DNA from: Candidatus Woesearchaeota archaeon
GTDB lineage: Archaea; Nanobdellota; Nanobdellia; UBA10117; ARS21
Length of the DNA: 57,424 nt
Direction of reading: 5' to 3'
Assembly (NCBI GenBank): GCA_018698915.1
Contig: JABIPN010000006.1
Span: 1-57,424 of the forward strand
Numbering within the stretch: the stretch's first letter is position 1; each line of letters begins with the position of its first letter. Positions 1 through 9,478 of this stretch are shown here, piece after piece. The position numbers and the translations under genes are program-made. Under the pieces are notes generated by a model. It made no database searches, had not been told where the DNA came from, and saw only the letters and a program-made list of their open reading frames with translations.

Positions 1-1
1 A

Positions 2-202
2 GAAAATAGAATGGCTCATGCTTCGGAGATAATAAAAGAAATCTCTAGAAATGGACTTAGATATACTGAAGTTCCTGTAGAAATTATATATAGTAAAGAT
101 ACTCTTGAAAACGGTACTGGTTCATATTCAACTGCAATAGGTATTTTGTATAAGATTTTGTTGTGGAAATTTAATATTATTCAAAAGAAGTTTAAATCTT
201 AA
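2..202 (+). CDS. 3' fragment of a CDS entering from upstream of the window; tail resembles the C-terminus of GT2-type glycosyltransferases
   Basis: Frame is open from base 2 (E-N-R precede the listed Met). LRYTEVPVEIIY..G.GS resembles the C-terminal EVP strand region of GT-A/GT2 enzymes. It sits at the head of the glycan island. Confidence 0.3.
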   Translation, partial: ENRMAHASEIIKEISRNGLRYTEVPVEIIYSKDTLENGTGSYSTAIGILYKILLWKFNIIQKKFKS

Positions 203-217
203 GTTGGTAACATTCTT

Positions 218-1696
218 ATGTATCTAGAACGTATGTTGAAAGGGAGTTTGGTATATTTTATTGCACTGGTTTTTGCCAGCGGTTTTGCTTATCTTACTCG
301 ACTTACTTTACTACATAACTTAAGCCAAGCAGAATTTGGATTATTTTATGCAACTTTAACTTTTATTTCCCTCTTCTTAATGTTTCGTAATATTGGTATG
401 TATCATGCGTTTGTAAAATTTATACCTGAATATGTTATTAAAAAACAGTATGGTAAAATTAAATCTGCAATCTTTTTTATATTTATATCTCAGACTTTAT
501 TGTCTGTCATTTTTATTAGTGTAATCTGGTATCTTTCTCCATTTCTTGCTGAATCTTATTTCAAAGATCCAAGTTCTCTTTGGATTCTTAGAATCCTTTC
601 ATTATATTTTTTTACAAGTATTTTATTCAAATTGACTGGTGCATATTTCCGCGGTTTTCAGAATAATTTTGTAGCGGCATTAATAGAACCAGTAAAGAAC
701 CTAATCATATTATTATCGCTTATTTCGTTAAGTTATTTTGGTTTTGGTATATTTAGTGCTGTATGGTCTTATGTTTTAGTTGGAATAGTTATGTTATTTA
801 TTTTCTATTATCCTGCAATTAAAACACATAATTTGATAAATGATAAAATGTCCGATTTTAGAAAAGTTTCTAGTCGGATTATTGCATTTGGTATTCCGGT
901 TTTTAGTGTTGGTCTTGGTGGGAAATTTATAAGTTATTTTGATACTTTAATGTTGACTTACTTTGGAACGCTAGAACAAGTTGGAGTATATAATATTATT
1001 TTACCAACTGCATTATTGTTCATGATTGTTGTTAGTTCAATTTCTTCAGTCTTTATGCCGATGGTTTCAGAATTATGGACTAGAAAAAAATATGATAAAG
1101 TTCGTACTGCTATGCGCCTTTCATATAGATATATATTCTTGTTTGGTCTGCCTTTTCTTCTTAGTTTTGTAATATTTTCCGACGTTATTATTAGATTATT
1201 GTTTGGAGAAGAGTATTTATTTGGTAATATTCCATTTAAGATTTTATTGCTTGGTATAATTTTTAATTTTCTACTTGAAATTAATAAAAGTTATTTGGTT
1301 GGTATTGGTAGACCTAAAAATGTCTTCAATATTGTATTATTTGGTGCAGTTATGAATATTGTTTTGAATTTGATCTTGATTCCCCCACTTAATATTTTGG
1401 GAGCAGCAATTGCAACTAGTGTTAGTTATTTATCAATGTCTGTATATTCAAGTAATTTTGTAAAGGATAGTTTATCTATGAAATTGCCAATTAAATCTTG
1501 GATGATGGCTTGTATTGGTTCTTTAGTATTTCTTGGAGTTATTTATGGAACTAAATCACTATTAACTCAGAATGTTTGGGTTGAAATTTTTGTTGGACTC
1601 AGTATGGGTTATACTGTATATTTAATTATAATGAATTCATTTGGGTTATTAAACTTTCGAGAAATTAAGCACTTAATTAACTCTGCTTTGAAATAG
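218..1696 (+). CDS. Wzx/MOP-family polysaccharide (oligosaccharide-unit) flippase
   Basis: 492-aa highly hydrophobic protein with about 12-14 TM segments and the short-loop pattern of polysaccharide biosynthesis (MOP/Wzx) transporters. It is embedded among glycosyltransferases. Confidence 0.7.
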   Translation: MYLERMLKGSLVYFIALVFASGFAYLTRLTLLHNLSQAEFGLFYATLTFISLFLMFRNIGMYHAFVKFIPEYVIKKQYGKIKSAIFFIFISQTLLSVIFISVIWYLSPFLAESYFKDPSSLWILRILSLYFFTSILFKLTGAYFRGFQNNFVAALIEPVKNLIILLSLISLSYFGFGIFSAVWSYVLVGIVMLFIFYYPAIKTHNLINDKMSDFRKVSSRIIAFGIPVFSVGLGGKFISYFDTLMLTYFGTLEQVGVYNIILPTALLFMIVVSSISSVFMPMVSELWTRKKYDKVRTAMRLSYRYIFLFGLPFLLSFVIFSDVIIRLLFGEEYLFGNIPFKILLLGIIFNFLLEINKSYLVGIGRPKNVFNIVLFGAVMNIVLNLILIPPLNILGAAIATSVSYLSMSVYSSNFVKDSLSMKLPIKSWMMACIGSLVFLGVIYGTKSLLTQNVWVEIFVGLSMGYTVYLIIMNSFGLLNFREIKHLINSALK

Positions 1697-2801
1697 ATTT
1701 GTATAATTTTAAATGTTGATTAGCGATTTTTTTCAATCCGAACTCTTTTGAAAGTTTGAATCCGTTTCTTGTAAGTTTTGATTTTAGTCTTTTATTTGAT
1801 AATAGTAGTAATATGTTTTCTGCAATACTTTTTGGAGATTTAGGCTTTGCAAGTAATGCCGTCTCTTTATGTTTTAATAATACTCTTAATTCTTTTAGAT
1901 CTGATGTTATTACTGGTGTTTTGCATGCCATGCTCTCAAAAATTGATAGTGGGTTTGATTCTGTTGCAATTAAATTTGGGTATGGTAATACAACAATATC
2001 GGCATTGCTAATGTATTTTGGTAAATTTATTTTTTCTTTTGTTGTTATAATTTTTACATTATCCTTTATGTATAAATCACTAATTAATTGGTCATATTTT
2101 TTATCATAATTATTAAATTTTACAGATAGAATAAATTTTACTTTTGGATTTTCTTTTATAACTAAAGGAATTGCATTAATTAAATAATTTATTCCTTTTC
2201 TTTCGGTGAATGGTCCATAGAAGAATACTGTTGGAGTTTTTGTTGTTTTTTTATATGGTTTAAATTTCTTTAAATCTATTGATGACCTAATTAGTCTTAT
2301 TTTTGATTTGTTTAATCCTAGTCTTATTAATTTTTTTCCAACTAATTCATTATTTACGATTACTTTATCTATTAAGTTCATTAATGGTGTAGCAAGATAT
2401 CCCAATCTACTTTTCGATATTGATTTTATTGTGTGTATTTTTTTTGTTTTTGAAAATGGATTGGATAATAATAATCTTATTACATGTAGTGGTGATGCAC
2501 TTATGTTATGTATAATATCAAATTTGATATTTTCTTTTTTTTCAGCATATTTGATTGTTTTTGGTGCAGAAATTAATTGATTTAATCTTGTAAAGAAAAT
2601 TGAGTTATTTAATACAATTGCTTTTCTGTATATTTTTACTGAGTCCATTAATTCAGTTGTTTTTAAATTTCTTGTTTTTTCTCCAATTACAATGGTTTTA
2701 TGATTTCTTGAGTTAAAATATTTTGCAAGTTGTAATGTTGTTAACTTGGTTGCTTCTAGTGTTGATTTCTTAAATGAGTTTGTTATTATTGCTATTTTCA
2801 T
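1677..2801 (-). CDS. GT-B glycosyltransferase (GT4/GT1 family)
   Basis: C-terminal signature VLPYPNLIATESNPLSIFESMACKTPVITSD (E-x7-E motif). 4-nt overlap with the upstream gene at 2798-2801. Confidence 0.7.
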   Translation of the reverse strand: MKIAIITNSFKKSTLEATKLTTLQLAKYFNSRNHKTIVIGEKTRNLKTTELMDSVKIYRKAIVLNNSIFFTRLNQLISAPKTIKYAEKKENIKFDIIHNISASPLHVIRLLLSNPFSKTKKIHTIKSISKSRLGYLATPLMNLIDKVIVNNELVGKKLIRLGLNKSKIRLIRSSIDLKKFKPYKKTTKTPTVFFYGPFTERKGINYLINAIPLVIKENPKVKFILSVKFNNYDKKYDQLISDLYIKDNVKIITTKEKINLPKYISNADIVVLPYPNLIATESNPLSIFESMACKTPVITSDLKELRVLLKHKETALLAKPKSPKSIAENILLLLSNKRLKSKLTRNGFKLSKEFGLKKIANQHLKLYKSISKQS

Positions 2802-4195
2802 AATAACTTGAATTCCTTTTCAAACCCGTCAACTATATTTTTTATATTTTTAGCGTCGTAGAGATATTTATTAAATTTTCTTACAAATAAAGTATGCCCT
2901 TTGTGTGTTGATTCTAATAATGCATTGATAAACTTTAAAATTTCAACATCATTGAATTTCATTTTGAGTGCTTTTTTTATTGAGCTAGGCAAGTCATAGA
3001 AATCCCGAACTTTTATGAACATATTTGAAATATCATAATATACATTTCCTAATAGAATTGTTGGTTTTTTGTATATTAATGCTTCAATTCCAGTATTTGA
3101 GTTAATAGTTATTACTGCTGAAGTATTTTTTAAAATCTCGTGTGTATTCATATAAGTATCAATTAATCTAACATTTTCTATTTTTCTTATTGAATTTAAA
3201 TCTCTTAAATCAAATTCTCCTTCTCCCGTTGGATGTTGTTTTACGTATAATTTATATCCTGCAGGAATATATCTTGAAACTGTTTTAATTAGCTCTAGCT
3301 GATTATAATATTGTGGTGCTCTCAAAAGTATCTGTGCATCTCCGCTACGAGTTAATGGAAAATAAATATATTTTTCATTTTTTGTTGGTTTTTCTGTGAA
3401 AAATTTCGAAATTGGTTTTCTTAAAACACGAAGGGTTTGTTCTTTTCCTATATGGTATAAATTTGCGTAAGGATTTCTAAACTTCTCATATCTCCAATTA
3501 TTATATAGACTTATTATGAATAATCGTAAATCATTTAGTTGTGGTGCAACGAATACTTGATTTCCTGGCGCAACAAGTTTCTTTTTTTTTGTATTAGTCA
3601 AATATTTCTTTGCACGTTTGTATTCACTTGAAGTTAGTTTCCGATTTTTATTTCTGCTCCAATATTTATTTAACGTATGCCATCTTCCTACAGGATCTTT
3701 GACGACTATAAATGTTCCAGGAAACATATTTTGCTTATATGCAAGTTGGGTTGATCCAAAATATGATCCTATAATTCTTGGTACCATATCAATAAATCTT
3801 TCTTGTGCGCCAAAGATTACATCAACTTTATTTTTTTTTAGATAGTTCTCCCAAAATTTGAAATGTTTAACTAAATCTCTTTTAGCTGTTTCTCTTTTTT
3901 TCCAAGTATAATTTTTATCTCCTGTTATAATTAAATTCATATTTGTATCGTATTTCTTTTCGTATTTCTTTAGTTCTTTTTCTATGTTTTTGGGATTGTA
4001 ATTATCGAAATAATCTATAATGTATTCTACTTTTTTTCCTTTTGAACGTAATATTTCTGTTGCTTGTTTTGAATATGAGATTGTTTTTACATTATAACCT
4101 CTATTTTCTAATTCAATTATTAGTGGTAGTTGTCTTTTTGTAAATGTTGTAGAATTTGATGTGAAAAGTATATTTTTTACTTTTTTTCTTGGCAT
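2798..4195 (-). CDS. Capsule-polysaccharide-biosynthesis-type (KpsS/KpsC/LpsZ-like) glycosyltransferase
   Basis: Blocks typical of the Capsule_synth family: YIYFPLTRSGDAQI, VKQHP, VITINSNTGIEALIYKKPTILLGNVYY. Confidence 0.55.
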   Translation of the reverse strand: MPRKKVKNILFTSNSTTFTKRQLPLIIELENRGYNVKTISYSKQATEILRSKGKKVEYIIDYFDNYNPKNIEKELKKYEKKYDTNMNLIITGDKNYTWKKRETAKRDLVKHFKFWENYLKKNKVDVIFGAQERFIDMVPRIIGSYFGSTQLAYKQNMFPGTFIVVKDPVGRWHTLNKYWSRNKNRKLTSSEYKRAKKYLTNTKKKKLVAPGNQVFVAPQLNDLRLFIISLYNNWRYEKFRNPYANLYHIGKEQTLRVLRKPISKFFTEKPTKNEKYIYFPLTRSGDAQILLRAPQYYNQLELIKTVSRYIPAGYKLYVKQHPTGEGEFDLRDLNSIRKIENVRLIDTYMNTHEILKNTSAVITINSNTGIEALIYKKPTILLGNVYYDISNMFIKVRDFYDLPSSIKKALKMKFNDVEILKFINALLESTHKGHTLFVRKFNKYLYDAKNIKNIVDGFEKEFKLL

Positions 4196-4277
4196 AGTGG
4201 TGCTTCCTATTTAGTTTTATAACTATTATGAAACAAAAGATAAAAGCGCTTATTAATGTTTTCAGTTATGTACTGGC

Positions 4278-5567
4278 ATGAATAAAACTAGAACTGTTGC
4301 AATAAATATATTGGACTGTTTGAATAAAAATAAAATAGATTATGCAATTTTGAGAAATTGGGATTTTTTGAAGAATAGTAAAATACACATTGGTAAAGAT
4401 ATTGATATTGTTGTTGATTCAAATAGTGTAGCCAAGATTGATAGATTATTAAGGAGAAAGGGATTTTTTGAAGAAAAATTATCTCCTTTTTCAAAACATA
4501 AAGGTTATGTGAAATATATTTCTGAAGATTCCAAGTTATTGAAATTTCATTTTCATGTTGGAGGTGTTAGTGGTAGGCATATTATTTATTTGGGAGCAGA
4601 ACAAGCTTTGTCTCGAAGATCTGAGGTTGGAAAATATTTCGTACTGTCTAAAGAGGATTTGTTACTGACCTTGATAATTCATTCTCCTGGAAGTGATAGA
4701 TATTCAGCTTTGGCAAATTCTATAAAAAATTTTGATAAGGATTACTTGTTGACTAATCTAGAAAAATTGTTAGGTATTAATCTTAGTCATCGTGTATTTG
4801 CACTGTTCTTAAAAGATTTTAAATTGTTAAAGCGCGCACGTAAAGAAATAAGACGGAAAATATTTCTCATAAATCCAATTAAGGTATATTATGGTTATAT
4901 TATGTCAATTCTTTGGTATATTCCTCGCTTAATTAGAGGTGCACCGCTAATTACGTTTATCGGTATGGATGGTGCAGGTAAAAGTACGGCCACAAAAAAC
5001 ATTATAAATTTATTAAAAACCCATAAGATTTCTTCTGAACTTGTTTATGTTGGTAGGGGTAAAAATAATATTTTGCCAATACAGTTCTTTGGTAGAAAAT
5101 ATAAGAAATATGAACTTCGGAATGATAAATTAATTAAGAATGATCATAACAATTTCAAACGAAGCTTGGTTTATAGTTTTGCAGCGCCAATATATTACTT
5201 AGATTTTATGTTGAGATATTCTAAGATATTTATTCTTCGTAGAACGCGTAAAATAGTTATTACTGATAGATTTGGGACTGATCTCTTGTTGATGAAATAT
5301 GTTCCTTTGTGGTTACGTAGAACTTTATATAACTTAATGCCTAAACCTGATTTGATATTTTATTTATATTCGGATGTTTCTAAATTATATTCTCGTAAAC
5401 CTTTGCATCCAAAGGGTGATCTTGAACGACAGGAAAAATTGTTTAAAAATATTTTGCCAAATTTAACTAATGTTAAGATTATTAGAACTCGAACCGAAAA
5501 TCAAACCGTGAAAGATATTTCTAATGAATTATTTGTATTGTGGTTAAAATATTATAGTAAAATTTAA
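4278..5567 (+). CDS. Two-domain protein: N-terminal nucleotidyltransferase-fold-like domain fused to a thymidylate-kinase-like P-loop kinase
   Basis: C-terminal half has Walker A FIGMDGAGKST, ITDRF and PDLIFYL, the dTMP/NMP-kinase layout. N-terminal ~200 aa carries GKDIDIVV, reminiscent of minimal NTase domains. Confidence 0.45.
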   Translation: MNKTRTVAINILDCLNKNKIDYAILRNWDFLKNSKIHIGKDIDIVVDSNSVAKIDRLLRRKGFFEEKLSPFSKHKGYVKYISEDSKLLKFHFHVGGVSGRHIIYLGAEQALSRRSEVGKYFVLSKEDLLLTLIIHSPGSDRYSALANSIKNFDKDYLLTNLEKLLGINLSHRVFALFLKDFKLLKRARKEIRRKIFLINPIKVYYGYIMSILWYIPRLIRGAPLITFIGMDGAGKSTATKNIINLLKTHKISSELVYVGRGKNNILPIQFFGRKYKKYELRNDKLIKNDHNNFKRSLVYSFAAPIYYLDFMLRYSKIFILRRTRKIVITDRFGTDLLLMKYVPLWLRRTLYNLMPKPDLIFYLYSDVSKLYSRKPLHPKGDLERQEKLFKNILPNLTNVKIIRTRTENQTVKDISNELFVLWLKYYSKI

Positions 5568-6394
5568 TTTGCTTTGTGTAGCTTATAAAATATAATGTGA
5601 ATTATATAATCATATACTCTTCGGATTATTTTGTTATTCAAAAGTTTGTTTTTTGATTTGTTTGGATGTATAACAAAAAAATCAGTATCCATGAAAATAT
5701 TTGAATATCCTTTTTCCTGGAAATTTTCACAAATTACTGCCGTGTCACAATCATATTTGTTTAATCTATTGTTGTATGGTGCGAAAGTTAAACCTTGATA
5801 TATTGGCTTTGCATTGTAAATACAAAAACAACTGAATGTTGAATATAGTTTTAATAATCCTTTCTTGAATGTTGAGGGATACCAATATTCAGTAAATTTA
5901 TTTTTTCTAGTTGCCCATTTATCATAAAAGTGATTATTTGAATTTAGAGATACTGGCGAAACTATATCGAAATTATATTTTGAATTAATAACTTTGTTTA
6001 GTAGTTTTGATATTTGTTTGATGTTGTATCTTATATCTGGTTCTATAAAAATTATATAATCATATTTTTCTCGCTTAATTGCTTGATTTATGCACTTGTT
6101 TCTTGCATTTGCAAGATTAATTAAACGTTCGGCTTTTGCAACACTTCCAAAAAATTTTGTGTTTATGTTTTCAGAAGTTACTGTATGTTTCTTTACAAAT
6201 TTGAAATTTAGTTTCTTCAATAATTCCTTGGTTTTATCTGAAGAGTCATTTTCATAAACGGATACTCCAAAATTAATCTCTTTATTTTGTTGGACAAGTT
6301 GTTTTATTTGTGAATGCCAAGTTCTTATTGCATTTTCCTGATTACGCATTATTGTGCATAGTAGTATATTCTTTGATTGCTTTTTCGATATCAT
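5564..6394 (-). CDS. GT-A (GT2-like) glycosyltransferase
   Basis: VYENDSSDKTKELL (nucleotide-sugar binding), LANARNKCI, FIEPD (DxD-like). Start uncertain: the 53-nt overlap with the upstream gene shrinks to 8 nt if Met16 (6349) is used. Confidence 0.5.
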   Translation of the reverse strand: MISKKQSKNILLCTIMRNQENAIRTWHSQIKQLVQQNKEINFGVSVYENDSSDKTKELLKKLNFKFVKKHTVTSENINTKFFGSVAKAERLINLANARNKCINQAIKREKYDYIIFIEPDIRYNIKQISKLLNKVINSKYNFDIVSPVSLNSNNHFYDKWATRKNKFTEYWYPSTFKKGLLKLYSTFSCFCIYNAKPIYQGLTFAPYNNRLNKYDCDTAVICENFQEKGYSNIFMDTDFFVIHPNKSKNKLLNNKIIRRVYDYIIHIIFYKLHKAN

Positions 6395-7532
6395 CTTCTA
6401 GATTATTCATATGTTCTTGTGTAATTAATTGACTGTTTCCAATATATAATCCGTTGTGATGTACAATATCAGAATTTTTAAGAATTGTTTCATTTTCAAA
6501 CTCCCTTAGAAATGGCTGTCTCAATAAATTTCCTGCAATTATTGGTCTAGTTTCGTATCCTTTTGTTTCTAAATAATTACTGAGATATTCTTTAAGTTTG
6601 GCAGTTTTACAAATAAATGGTAAACAAAAACTACTATTTCCTTCTTCTTGAGGTATATGAAATAATTCCAAGTAATTTAGTAACATTTCGCGGAATTGTT
6701 TGTAGTTTTGTCTTCTTATTTTGATTGAATTATCTAAATCTTTAAGTTGTAATTGTCCAAGAAATGCATATAATTCAGTATTTCTAAAATTATATCCGTC
6801 TGTTAAAAATATAAATTGTGGATGTAGTGTTGGATATTTTTCTTGAGTGCTTTTGAATTGTTCCTTTGGAAGTTCCCTTGCTAGACCATGTGAACGTTTA
6901 ATTTTAATTAGATTGTATAGCTCTTTATCATTTGTACAAACCATGCCACCTTCAACCGTAGTCATGTGATGACCAAAATAGAATGAAAATGTTGATCCTG
7001 CGCCCAACGTTCCTGCTTTATTATCTTTAACTGTTGTGCCGTGAGATTCGCAAACGTCTTCTCCAATAATTATTTCTGGATAATATTTTTTAATTGAGTT
7101 TAGGTTTGCAGGCAAACCCAAAAGATGAGTTACGAATGCAAATTTTATTTCAGAGTGTTTTTGTTTTATTTTTTCTATTGATCCTTCATCAGGTCCAAAG
7201 TTATCTAATGAAATATCATAAAAAATAGGCGTTAAATTATTTTGGATTATTGGTGAAATTGAAGTTACCCATGTATTTGCAGGTACTAACACTTTATCAC
7301 CGTCTTTCAAATTATATCTTTCTTTTATTGCTGCTACCAAAACATAATTTGCAGTGCTTCCCGAAGTTACGAATACTGAATATTTTGTTCCTAGCCATTT
7401 GGACCATTGATCTTCAAATTCTTTTACTTGTGGACCTTGAGTATATCTTGTAGTTGATAGAATGAATTTTGCCAAATCCATTCGTTGATTTTCGGTGATG
7501 ATTTCACCCATTAGTGGCCAATGATATTTCAT
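6342..7532 (-). CDS. DegT/DnrJ/EryC1-family PLP/PMP enzyme of the sugar 3-dehydratase type (ColD-like GDP-4-keto-6-deoxy-D-mannose 3-dehydratase)
   Basis: Fold-type I sugar aminotransferase blocks (FVTSGSTANY, GEDVCESHG). The Schiff-base lysine position is His: SFYFG-H188-HMTTVEGG (codon 6969-6971). ATGA-type overlap with gmd immediately upstream. Confidence 0.7.
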   Translation of the reverse strand: MKYHWPLMGEIITENQRMDLAKFILSTTRYTQGPQVKEFEDQWSKWLGTKYSVFVTSGSTANYVLVAAIKERYNLKDGDKVLVPANTWVTSISPIIQNNLTPIFYDISLDNFGPDEGSIEKIKQKHSEIKFAFVTHLLGLPANLNSIKKYYPEIIIGEDVCESHGTTVKDNKAGTLGAGSTFSFYFGHHMTTVEGGMVCTNDKELYNLIKIKRSHGLARELPKEQFKSTQEKYPTLHPQFIFLTDGYNFRNTELYAFLGQLQLKDLDNSIKIRRQNYKQFREMLLNYLELFHIPQEEGNSSFCLPFICKTAKLKEYLSNYLETKGYETRPIIAGNLLRQPFLREFENETILKNSDIVHHNGLYIGNSQLITQEHMNNLEDDIEKAIKEYTTMHNNA

Positions 7533-8485
7533 TTTTCCAATTTTAGATCATTGTCAACCATTTCTATAATCAAATCTTTAAATGTTTTTTTTGGTTTCCA
7601 ATTTAATATTTTTTCAGCTTTTGAAGCATCTGCGAGCAGTATTTCAACTTCGGCAGGTCTAAAGAATTTTGGATCTACAACTACATAATCTTTGTAATTT
7701 AATCCTATATGATTAAATGCAGTTTCAACCATTGTTCTTACTGAGTTTGAAATTCCTGTTCCGATTACGAAATCTTCAGGTTTATCTTGTTGCATCATTA
7801 ACCACATTGCTTCAACATAATCTCGTGCATGTCCCCAATCTCTCTCTGCATCAAGATTTCCAAGTCTTAATTCTTTCTGCTTTCCATATTTTATACGTGC
7901 AACAGCTTTTGTTACTTTTCTGGTTACAAATTCCTCACCTCTTCTTGGTGATTCATGATTGAATAATATTCCTGATACACAAAACATTCCATAACTTTCA
8001 CGATAATTTTGTGTTATCCAATGAGCAAAACATTTTGCTACACCATAAGGGCTTCGTGGATGTAGTTGTGTTGATTCATCTTGTGGTGTTGTTTTTACTT
8101 TTCCAAACATTTCACTGCTGGATGCTTGATAGTATTTAATCTTTGGATTAACTTGTCTTATTGCTTCAAGAACTCTTAATGCTCCCAGGGCGGTTACATT
8201 TCCAGTATATTCTGGTTGACCCCATGAAGAACCAACAAATGATTGTGCTGCCAGATTGTAGATTTCATCAGGATTAGACTCTTTTATTGCTGCAATAATT
8301 GATGCTTGATCTAATAAATCGCCATTAATTAATTCAATTTTATCAAGAATCTGAGTTATATTTCTTCGCTCTCTTGAACTATTTCTTCGTTCTAGACCAT
8401 AAACTTTGTATCCTTTTTCGAGAAGAAATTCTGCAAGATAAGAACCGTCTTGTCCAGTAATTCCAGTTATAAGTGCTGTTTTCAT
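7529..8485 (-). CDS. gmd: GDP-mannose 4,6-dehydratase
   Basis: TGITGQDGSYLAEFLLEKGY Rossmann N-terminus, SSSEMFG, YGVAKCF catalytic Tyr-x3-Lys, NHESPRRG. 318 aa, colinear with Gmd. Confidence 0.9.
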   Translation of the reverse strand: MKTALITGITGQDGSYLAEFLLEKGYKVYGLERRNSSRERRNITQILDKIELINGDLLDQASIIAAIKESNPDEIYNLAAQSFVGSSWGQPEYTGNVTALGALRVLEAIRQVNPKIKYYQASSSEMFGKVKTTPQDESTQLHPRSPYGVAKCFAHWITQNYRESYGMFCVSGILFNHESPRRGEEFVTRKVTKAVARIKYGKQKELRLGNLDAERDWGHARDYVEAMWLMMQQDKPEDFVIGTGISNSVRTMVETAFNHIGLNYKDYVVVDPKFFRPAEVEILLADASKAEKILNWKPKKTFKDLIIEMVDNDLKLEK

Positions 8486-8577
8486 CTCAGTTGGTGACGC
8501 ATGTGGATTTAAAAGTTTAATTAAACTAAGTTCGATAAAAGATAATTTGCTAAAATTTATAAGTCTTAGATTATTTC

Positions 8578-9462
8578 GTGAATTGTGAGTTATATTTCAA
8601 TATGAAAATTTTGAGCTATTTTCCTGAAAAATCAGGTATAGGTAAGTTTGTTAGAAATTTTGCAGATAGAAATAATATTGAAGTTGTTAATTTGTATGGA
8701 CAATATAGTTGGTTTTTTCGTTTATTACATATTTTTGGTTTATCGCGTGCTGAATTTCCGGCAGATGAATATATACTGGCTGCGCCACTTCTTTCAAGAA
8801 TACAAGGTGTTGATATTTATGGTTGTGTGATTCATGACTATTTTCCCCTTCAATCTCGTAATTTTTTGAAGAGTATATTTTATTCCTGGCTGTATTATCC
8901 TAGTAGTAAAAGTGAGATGTTTTATTGTAATTCTGAATATACTAAAAAACTTGTTCTTGAGTTATATGATGTATCTAAATCAATTGTTAAGGTTGTTAAT
9001 TATGATTTGAATGAAAAATATAAAAAGGGAAATAAAAATAAGAAATTTACCGTATTATCCGTTGGTTCTACAGACAAACGTAAGAATTTATTATTTCAGT
9101 TGAAGATTGTTGGTGATTTGCAACAATATATTGATTTGAAATTTGTTAGAGTTGGTGGATTAAAGTGGTATCATAAAATATATATTAATATTCGTAAAAT
9201 TGATGTTGAACAAAAAATTAACTTGTCTGAGAAACGTTTAATTGGTGAATATCAGAAAGCACACGTATTTATTTTTCCATCAACTGCAGAAGGTCATGGC
9301 TTACCTGCGGATGAAGCAAAAGTTTGTGGTTGTGAAGTATTTGTTGGTGATAATACTGCTTTGAAATATCTGGAATTGCCAAATAAAAATAAATTAAAAT
9401 TGAACCACGATTTATGGGTAAAAACGATTATAGGACATTATTTCAGAAAGTTTAAAAATTAA
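8578..9462 (+). CDS. GT-B glycosyltransferase (GT4/GT1 family)
   Basis: FPSTAEGHGLPADEAKVCGCEVF (E-x7-E). The ORF opens with GTG at 8578 and the first ATG is at 8602. A TATA-like AAAATTTATA lies at 8552-8561. Confidence 0.65.
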   Translation: MNCELYFNMKILSYFPEKSGIGKFVRNFADRNNIEVVNLYGQYSWFFRLLHIFGLSRAEFPADEYILAAPLLSRIQGVDIYGCVIHDYFPLQSRNFLKSIFYSWLYYPSSKSEMFYCNSEYTKKLVLELYDVSKSIVKVVNYDLNEKYKKGNKNKKFTVLSVGSTDKRKNLLFQLKIVGDLQQYIDLKFVRVGGLKWYHKIYINIRKIDVEQKINLSEKRLIGEYQKAHVFIFPSTAEGHGLPADEAKVCGCEVFVGDNTALKYLELPNKNKLKLNHDLWVKTIIGHYFRKFKN

Positions 9463-9478
9463 ATCTTGAGAATTAATT

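Noticed and set aside
8648-8830. 60-aa ORF nested in another frame of the GT1 gene at 8578-9462; likewise 1756-2109 and 2308-2580 antisense to the GT1 gene at 1677-2801
   Set aside because: They are short and hydrophobic or low-complexity, and lie fully inside better-supported genes.
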